Positions 1 through 7,700 of a stretch of 32,000 nt of DNA are shown piece after piece. A model generated the notes under the pieces. It worked only from the letters and a program-made list of their open reading frames with translations. It made no database searches and was not told the DNA's origin. The stretch lies in contig NC_003272.1 of NCBI RefSeq assembly GCF_000009705.1, positions 3,990,001 to 4,022,000 of the forward strand, read 5' to 3'. How positions within the stretch are numbered: position 1 is the first letter of the stretch; each line of letters begins with the position of its first letter. The stretch comes from Nostoc sp. PCC 7120 = FACHB-418. Lineage in GTDB: Bacteria > Cyanobacteriota > Cyanobacteriia > Cyanobacteriales > Nostocaceae. A program made the position numbers and the translations under genes.

Positions 1-176
1 TTAGAAACTACCTGCTATTTTGCATATATTTTTTTTTATTTTTAATATTCGTAAATATAATTATAATTATCGAAAATACAGAACAAATGTTACTTATTCT
101 GGCAGAAGAGATCAATTATAAAACCATCTGTTACTATAAATTAAATATGTACTAATATGTTTTTTTACTTTCATAA

Positions 177-1358
177 ATGCTGCAAAATTTACAGCCGCTT
201 ACGCATAATTTAGTACTAGTTGGTGGAGGTCACACTCATGCTATTGTACTCAGAATGTTTGGCATGAAACCTCTATCTGGAGTACGTTTAACTTTAATCA
301 CCCCAGATGTTGAAACACCATACTCTGGAATGTTACCAGGACATATTTCCGGTGTTTACAACCGTGATGAATGCCATATTAACTTGCAAAGATTAGCTAA
401 CTTTGCTCAAGCGCAATTGTCTATTGATACAGTAGTTGACCTGGATGTGAAAAACCACAAAGTGATTTGTGCGAGCCATCAGGCGGTAGATTTCGACTTG
501 CTGTCTATCGATATTGGCAGCACTCCAGCCACAATATCTGTATCCGGTGCAGCAGAATATGCAGTGCCGGCTAAACCAGTGTCGCAATTACTAGAACATT
601 GGTATCAGATGCTAGATAGTGTAGTTCAAAAACCGCAAATCAAAAGGAGTATTGCGATCGCAGGCGGTGGTGCAGGTGGTGTAGAATTAGCCCTATCAAT
701 GCAAGCGCATCTGCACCGCATCTTAAAACAAGCCCAACAACCCCTGAGTAATCTGGAAATTCATTTATTTCATCGCCAAGCCCAACTGATGTCCCATCAT
801 CACCCATCAGTCCAACATCAAGTCAAACAAATTCTCACCAGACGCGGTGTCAAGCTTCACTTGAGGGAAACAGTTTCTCATATTGCACCATCTACCGACA
901 ACCAAGACGAAGAACTATTAGAAATTCAATGTGAATCTGGCATCAAAGTAAACTGCCATCAAATTTTTTGGGTAACCCAAGCCTCAGCCCCCCAGTGGTT
1001 AAAAGCCACAGGGTTAGCCACTGATGAGCGAGGCTTTATTTTAGTTGAGGACACATTACAATCGCCAACACACCCAGAGGTATTTGCATCTGGTGACATC
1101 GCCACAATGATTAATCATCCCCGCCCAAAAGCAGGGGTATTTGCTGTCCGCCAAGGTAAACCCTTATTCGACAACCTCAGGCGGAAATTAACGGGACAAG
1201 CACTCAAACCTTACAAACCACAGCAACAATATTTAAGTTTAATTGGTACAGGTGACAAAAGAGCGATCGCTACCAAAGGTTGTATCACTTTACCACCCCA
1301 TCAATTATGCTGGCAATGGAAGGACTGGCTTGACCGTCGCTTTATGCAGCAATTTTGA
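177..1358 (+). CDS. FAD/NAD(P)-binding pyridine nucleotide-disulfide oxidoreductase (NDH-2-like). It resembles the oxidoreductase half of cyanobacterial oxidoreductase-SelD fusions, but there is no SelD part here.
   Basis: 393-aa ATG ORF. N-terminal Rossmann motif LVLVGGGHTHA, second dinucleotide-binding motif IAIAGGGAGGVELA, and FASGDIA motif near the C-terminus, all typical of Pyr_redox_2 enzymes. Confidence 0.8.
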   Translation: MLQNLQPLTHNLVLVGGGHTHAIVLRMFGMKPLSGVRLTLITPDVETPYSGMLPGHISGVYNRDECHINLQRLANFAQAQLSIDTVVDLDVKNHKVICASHQAVDFDLLSIDIGSTPATISVSGAAEYAVPAKPVSQLLEHWYQMLDSVVQKPQIKRSIAIAGGGAGGVELALSMQAHLHRILKQAQQPLSNLEIHLFHRQAQLMSHHHPSVQHQVKQILTRRGVKLHLRETVSHIAPSTDNQDEELLEIQCESGIKVNCHQIFWVTQASAPQWLKATGLATDERGFILVEDTLQSPTHPEVFASGDIATMINHPRPKAGVFAVRQGKPLFDNLRRKLTGQALKPYKPQQQYLSLIGTGDKRAIATKGCITLPPHQLCWQWKDWLDRRFMQQF

Positions 1359-1412
1359 TGAGAAAATTCCACAACTGACGCACCAAAGTTATCTATTAAG
1401 ACAGGGTTTAAA

Positions 1413-1718
1413 ATGGCTGATATGAGAGCCAAAATTGAAAATCAAGTTTTATTTCTGCATCATGAAGACTTACCAGAGTTTAAAAAAGGTGGTTCTGTAG
1501 TCAGAAATTCTTATTTTTGGGCGCTACGTTCAATTGCTGGTAGAGCCTCCCGTTATCGGGACTGGGAATATGAGCCAGAAGTGTGGCTAGCACTGGCGCG
1601 AATGCTGTTGTCTTTCTCCGAGTCGGGATATTTGGGTTATCGAGAAACGATATTAGAGTTTCCTTTATCCCAAGGGGAAATTCCTGATTTATTACGAGAT
1701 GTCGCTACCTGGGAATAA
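1413..1718 (+). CDS. Hypothetical protein (101 aa), no recognisable domain
   Basis: ATG ORF 54 nt downstream of the oxidoreductase on the same strand. Composition is balanced and not repeat-derived. No motif recognised. Confidence 0.5.
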   Translation: MADMRAKIENQVLFLHHEDLPEFKKGGSVVRNSYFWALRSIAGRASRYRDWEYEPEVWLALARMLLSFSESGYLGYRETILEFPLSQGEIPDLLRDVATWE

Positions 1719-1998
1719 GTCAAGTCGCTTCGCTCCAATTCAAAATTAAAAATTCAAAATTCAAAATTAAAGACAATTAGTGGGAGCTTGTTGGCGTAGC
1801 CTTCCCGTAGGGTACTCACCACTAATTAAAGACCGCCCTTACGGATTCGCCAGTCACCTACAGAAGGAAACCTTCTTGCAGTGCTGGCTCACCAAATCAA
1901 AGATTATGGCGGGGGCTTGTACCCAGAATGAATTAATTCAAAATTATTTCCATTCTTCATTTTGAATTTTGAATTTTGCATTTTGAATTCAAAAAAGG
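1719..1998. repeat. Intergenic repeat element: inverted AT-rich arms (AATTCAAAATTCAAAAT) around a GC-richer structured core; MITE-like or a bidirectional terminator
   Basis: 'aattcaaaattcaaaat' at 1751-1767 is the exact reverse complement of 'attttgaattttgaatt' at 1959-1975. The core contains a hairpin at ~1848-1895 (GCCAG..AGAAGG-AAA-CCTTCT..CTGGC). The left edge 'gtcgcttcgctccaattcaaaatt' recurs at 15312-15338. Confidence 0.4.
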
Positions 1999-4095
1999 TT
2001 AAATACTCGAACTTAAACCCAAGCGAAAAGTAAACCCAGGACTATAAATTCGATTCACTCGCTCATATTGTTCACCTAGTAAATTTTCCAAGTAAACTGT
2101 TAGTCCTAAAGTACGAGTTAAGGGAATACGACCACTCAAATCTAAATTGACAAAAGACGGGACGAAATCGGTAGTTGTCTCACCTGGTCGGGTGAAAAAA
2201 GCTCTACGAGCGCCACTATTGTAGGTAACATACAAATTAGCCTGCCATCCTGAGTTTTGATAACCTACGCCAGTTTGTAATACAGAATAGGGAATCATTC
2301 CCAACTGTAAACCTCTTTCTGAACCTGTCTTAATTTGGGCATCTGTATAAGTGTAGTTGAGAAAAGTTGACCAGTTAGCGGCAACTTTTAATTGCAGTGC
2401 GGCTTCTAAACCATTGGTATCTACTAAGCCAATATTTGCCCATCTTCCAGCCACAATTCCTAAGCGATTATTCAGACTGCTGCCAAAATAGGTAAACTGC
2501 CCTGTTAAATTATCAGCAAGCTTGACATCTACCCCCGCAGTCCAAGAGGAACCTGTCTCCGGCTCTAAATCTGGGTTTGCTTCCCAACCATGAACTGTAT
2601 CATAAACATATAACTGATCTAAACCTGGGTTGCGCTGTCCTCCAGCCCAACTACCACGCATAGCAATTAATGGTGTGATGTCGTAACGTAGCCCCACACT
2701 AGGATTAAGATAATTGCCAAACTGACCATCAAAACTTTGTCTCAGTCCTAAATCTAACTGAAAACTATTACTCAGATTCCATGTATTCACAGCAAATAAA
2801 GCTGTATTTAATACGTTTCTATTTTCAGTTTCGTTAAACGCAATCCGATTCGGACTAGAGCTTAAAACATCGCCACTTAAATCAGTATTTTTTAAATCTA
2901 GTCCCCAACGCAACTTATTATTTGGAGAAATTCTCCAATCATGATCAATCCTACCAGTGAATTGTTGTGTATCTAAAACACCAGTGCGATAAAATTCTCT
3001 ACCTGCAAAAACTGTAGGGCCGTAGGTGCTGAAATAATTTTGGTTATAACCAAATGTAGTTGTCAGGTTAGAGTTATTGCCATTACCGAGGCGAGTTTTC
3101 CAAGATAAACCAATATTTAAACCATCATGGTCTAATCTATCTCTTTGTAGGGGAAATCCGAAATAAACTAAGCCTCTACGACTGCTGAGTTTAGTGATAT
3201 CTAAACTTAAAGAGTTTCTTTGATCTAAATCTAAACCAATATTGCCAAAATAGGTGCTAGTAGATGTATCTGCATTTGATAAAAACCCTTGGGAGTCACG
3301 ATTTGCTGCACCTACAGGCACACGATAACGGTTATCAACAAAGTACCGCTCAAAACTAAAATTATAAGTCGCCGCACCAACTGCCCCACTATAACTAAAC
3401 TGTTGATTATTGAGATTGAGTGAGCCAAATTCTAAACTACTTGTCAGTTTAGGTTGTGGATAACCTTTTTTGGTGATGATATTAACCACTCCTCCAAAAG
3501 CGGAGGAACCATATAAAGCAGAGGTCACACCGCTAGATAATTCGACACGCTCAATAGATTCTACAGGAATGCTATTCAGGTCAGTTGCACCATGATATGT
3601 GTTGACATCATTGTTAATTCGTCTGCCATTTATAAGAAATACAGACTGATTAATTGAGGCTCCCCGATAATAAGTACCTGTGTGTATATCTGCACCATGA
3701 CCAACATCATTAATGGCAAAACCAGGCATTCTTTTTAAGACATCAGCGACACTGGTAGCACCTTGTTTTTGAATTTCTTCTTGGTCAATGACGTAAGTGG
3801 GAGTAGATGCTGGCAGGGTTTCTGGTTCGGCGATCGCTTCTATGGTAATATCTGCATCGTCACTAGAAGTTTCCTCAATTTCCGGCTGTTCGCTAGGTTC
3901 ACCCTCTGGATTTAAGTCCCCTGGTGTCGATTGAGTTAATAATTCAGCACTGGTGGTGGGTAACTCAATTTCACTCAAATACGGAATATCAGAATTATCT
4001 ACTGTTTGAGTAATTTCCGTATCACTACCCAAAGCCGGAAATGCTAAAAATAAACTAGGAAAAGCAACAGGCAGCCAAAAAAAGCTCTTTCTCAC
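1999..4095 (-). CDS. TonB-dependent outer-membrane receptor
   Basis: 698 aa with a GTG start. Signal peptide MRKSFFWLPVAFPSLFLAFPALG, then an acidic linker. Plug-domain motifs (TYVIDQEEIQKQGATSVADVLKRMPGF, YYRGASINQSVFLINGRRIN) are followed by a long beta-barrel-type region rich in alternating aromatic, G, N and S residues. Confidence 0.9.
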   Translation of the reverse strand: MRKSFFWLPVAFPSLFLAFPALGSDTEITQTVDNSDIPYLSEIELPTTSAELLTQSTPGDLNPEGEPSEQPEIEETSSDDADITIEAIAEPETLPASTPTYVIDQEEIQKQGATSVADVLKRMPGFAINDVGHGADIHTGTYYRGASINQSVFLINGRRINNDVNTYHGATDLNSIPVESIERVELSSGVTSALYGSSAFGGVVNIITKKGYPQPKLTSSLEFGSLNLNNQQFSYSGAVGAATYNFSFERYFVDNRYRVPVGAANRDSQGFLSNADTSTSTYFGNIGLDLDQRNSLSLDITKLSSRRGLVYFGFPLQRDRLDHDGLNIGLSWKTRLGNGNNSNLTTTFGYNQNYFSTYGPTVFAGREFYRTGVLDTQQFTGRIDHDWRISPNNKLRWGLDLKNTDLSGDVLSSSPNRIAFNETENRNVLNTALFAVNTWNLSNSFQLDLGLRQSFDGQFGNYLNPSVGLRYDITPLIAMRGSWAGGQRNPGLDQLYVYDTVHGWEANPDLEPETGSSWTAGVDVKLADNLTGQFTYFGSSLNNRLGIVAGRWANIGLVDTNGLEAALQLKVAANWSTFLNYTYTDAQIKTGSERGLQLGMIPYSVLQTGVGYQNSGWQANLYVTYNSGARRAFFTRPGETTTDFVPSFVNLDLSGRIPLTRTLGLTVYLENLLGEQYERVNRIYSPGFTFRLGLSSSI

Positions 4096-4218
4096 TTCGT
4101 CTCACACCAAGTAATAACAATCACTAAGTGGTATTGTTACTTTTTTTGTAAAATTGTGTCAAAAGACACGCTGTCGTATTTCCCCTAGTTTATTGCGAAT
4201 GGCTTTGAGAAATAGGCT

Positions 4219-4339
4219 CTTAAGTAAGTCGGTGCAATAAAACCAAACTATGTGAAGAGAAGTAAATAAGGCTCAAACTTTTCCTCCCCCTGCTCCCTAC
4301 CTTCTTCCAACAATAATTATTTACACCGACCTACTTAGG
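4219..4339. repeat. MITE-like 121-bp element with ~16-22-bp imperfect terminal inverted repeats
   Basis: 'cttaagtaagtcggtg' (4219-4234) against 'caccgacctacttagg' (4324-4339): 14 of 16 positions are complementary. The interior carries a C-rich STRR-like run, 'cctccccctgctccctacc'. The arm core AGTAAGTCGGT also occurs at 27189-27199 in reverse orientation. Confidence 0.3.
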
Positions 4340-4743
4340 CGGGGAATTAAATATGTCACGGAACTTTTAAGTGCTGTGACATAATATTTAAACGCCTCTT
4401 CTTACAGACTGCTGTGCAGCTATGGCATGAATCCCATATCTTCTATATCTGGGTAAGTTAATAATTTCTAGTACCTAATCCTTACCCCCACTACTTTTGA
4501 GTAGTTTCCTTTAATCCATAGCTCATAAATCCAATAGTAAAGGCTAGCGCGAAAGGGAAAACAATCAACCAAAATAAGTCTTCTAACATAAGCTATCTGT
4601 GATTCCTCACTTTATTTATATTCTCAATTTTCTAGGAACAGATAAAAATATCTGGGCGGGAATAATACTAACTCCTTAACATTTGACAACAAATTTAAGC
4701 CTAGAACCCATATTACGAATTATTATGCTCTGGAAATAAAACC

Positions 4744-7700
4744 ATGAAAACCGCCGAAACCAAAACAACTTCTCATCAGCATCAAGGTAATTCTGCAAAG
4801 CCGTTTTTTGATGCCAATCATGAGCAGAAGTTCTTTGGGGCGGGAATAGTACAGACAAAACTATTTTTTCAACCACAATATACATCTTCAGAATTGGGAA
4901 TTCAGCGTCAGTGCAGGGATTGTGGAATTGAGCAACAAGGACAACCCCTTCCACAGATTCAACGTCAACCAATTTTTGAAAGTGAGAATGTAGAGACACA
5001 ATCTCATTTACAACGCCAAGCTACTACTAGTGATACTGCACCTGTTACCTATCTTCAACCGCAGGAAGAAGCAACACCAGAATTGGAGGAAACATCAGGT
5101 GATTTGGCTTCTCCGGTGATTCAGTCAAAAGGGGATGGAAGTATTCCTCCTGGGGATGGGGATAATTCGTTTCGCAGTGATACGGAAACCCCATTTTTTC
5201 AAGCGAAATTGACAGTAGGTGAGCCTGGCGATCGCTACGAAAAAGAAGCTGAGGCGATCGCTCATCAAGTCGTTTCCCAACCACAACCAAGCCAGCAACC
5301 AACTACTCATCCTGCGGTAACACAGCTTCAGCGCGCCAATAATGAACAGCCAGGCTCACCAATCCCCACCAACTTAGAAAGTCGGCTGCAACAAGCCCAA
5401 AGCAGTGGTACACCTTTAGATACCCAAACCCGCCTGAACATGGAAGCAGGCTTTGGCGCTGATTTCAGCCAAGTACGGGTTCACACAGGACAAGATGCAG
5501 CATCTCTGGCGCGATCGCTAGGGGCGGTGGCGTTCACCACTGGCAATCATATTTTCTTCAACACAAATCAATACCAACCCGCATCCGCGACTGGCAGAAA
5601 TCTCCTGGCTCACGAATTAACACACACTTTGCAACAGGATGCAGCTATACAACGACAGCCAGCAGTATCATCAACCTCCCATACAGTCCAAATGTTGCCG
5701 GAATCTATAATAGGACAAATCAATGATTATGCTCGGTATATTCCTGGATATACATTGTTTACCGTCGTTATCGGCTTTAACCCCCTTACAGGTAACGCAG
5801 TAGAACGCAATGCCAGCAATCTCCTAGAAGGACTCATGGGACTAGTGCCTTTTGGCACGTTTATTTTCGATAAATTGCGGGAGATGGGTATTCTCCAGTC
5901 AGCATTTACTTGGGTAGAGGGAGAACTAGGACGCTTAGATTTATCCGTAGGTAGGATTGAGCGCACTTTAGAAGCCGCTTGGGAAGATATCCACTTGGTA
6001 GCAGGATTTGATGATAATTTGGCGGTATTGCGGCAAAATTTCCAGCAACTTTATCAAGATGTGGAAGCCTTTGCGCGATCGCTCATCAACCAAATCATTC
6101 AATTAATCAAAGATGCAGCCATTAACTTAGCAGAAGGTTTATTAGCTAATAATCAAGCCTGGGCTTTAATTAAAAAAATCCTCAAACATGACCCTCTCAG
6201 GAATCAACCAGTCGCCGCCACCACCGTAGAAATCCTGGAAGACTTTCTCCGCCTCATCGGTAAAGAGCAAGAACTAGAGCAAATGCAGGAACGGGGAACC
6301 CTGGAACAAACAGCAGCTTGGTTAGATACCCAAGTTGGCACATTTATATCATTATTAGGTGAATTAGGCAGTTTATTTACCTCCGCTTGGGATGCAATTC
6401 AACCAGAAAACTTGCCCAATCTCTCGACTAACTTAGAAAGTATTATCAACCAGACTATCGGCTTCCTACAACGGGTATGGGATTTCGCCATCACTGTAGC
6501 AGCCAAAGTACTAGAACTAATCAAACAAGCCCTACTTGGTTGGTTGAGTTCCTTCGCCATCGATATTCCTGGGTATCACTTGCTCACCGTGATTATGGGC
6601 AAAGATATTTTTACTGAGCAATCCGTACCCCGCACAGTGATAAATATCATTCGCGGCTTCATGAGCCTGTTACCAAACGGTGAACAGAAGTTTCAGCAGA
6701 TGCAGGAAACTGGAGTGATTCCTCGCGCCGCCCAACGTATTGAAGCCCTGATGGGTGAATTGGGCATTTCTTGGCCGTTTGTGCAGGAGTTGTTCCTGAA
6801 TATTTGGAACACCCTCACCATTGAAGATATGGTCACCCCCATCGATACATTTATTAGAGTTCTAGAGCAATTCCGCGAACCCCTGAATCGTCTCCTCACC
6901 TTCGTCATTGAAGTAGTCAAGATTGTGCTGGAACTCCTGCTGGAGATAATGAATTTCCCCAGCGATATCATCGGTAATATCATGAATAATGCCTTACAAG
7001 CCTTAGATGATATTCAACAAGACCCCGTAGGCTTTCTACTCAACCTGCTCAGAGCAGTTAAAACAGGCTTTACTAACTTTTTCGACAATATCCTTCAGCA
7101 TTTGCTCAGTGGCGTTACCGATTGGCTCTTTGGTCAAGTACGCAAAGCCGGGATTGAACCACCAACAGAAATTACCCTAGAGTCAATTTTGAATTTAGTA
7201 TTGCAGGTACTAGGCGTTTCGATGGATCGGATCTGGTCGAAACTAGGCGATCGCATCGGTCAAGAAAATGTTGCCCGGATTCGCGGCGCAATTGACCGCC
7301 TATCAGGTATTTGGAACTTTGTCCGCGATGTCCAGCAACGAGGTATCGCCGCTATTTGGGAATACATCCAAACCCAAATTAGCAACCTGTGGAATATGGT
7401 ACTAGAGCAAGTCCGCAGTTGGATTGTATCGCGCATCATTGATCGCGTCATCGCCAAAATTGTCAGTATGCTCGACCCCACAGGTATCATGGCTGTCGTC
7501 AACAGTTTCATTGCCTTCTTTAACGCAGTGCAATCGGCAATTGAGTACTTCCGCGAAATTTTAGAAATCGTAGACTCCTTCGTGGGGATGGTTGCCGAAA
7601 TTGCCAGTGGTAGCATTGATCAAGCCGCACAGTTTTTAGAAAACCTACTAGCGCAAAGTTTACCAGTGGCGATCGGCTTTTTGGCTAATCAAGTGGGTTT

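Noticed and set aside
1780-1965. 61-aa plus-strand ORF in the 1719-1998 gap
   Set aside because: It sits wholly inside the inverted-repeat element. Its sequence is dominated by the hairpin-forming core, and it has no ribosome-binding site.
4096-4218. Cobalamin riboswitch or Fur box upstream of the TonB-dependent receptor
   Set aside because: I could not find a B12-box-like conserved core or a 19-bp AT-rich Fur palindrome in the leader. The only notable features there are the MITE-like element and the palindrome reported separately.
4676-4999. 107-aa minus-strand ORF overlapping the start of the DUF4157 gene
   Set aside because: It overlaps the well-supported 1340-aa ORF in antisense, shows no motif, and would have to start inside that gene.
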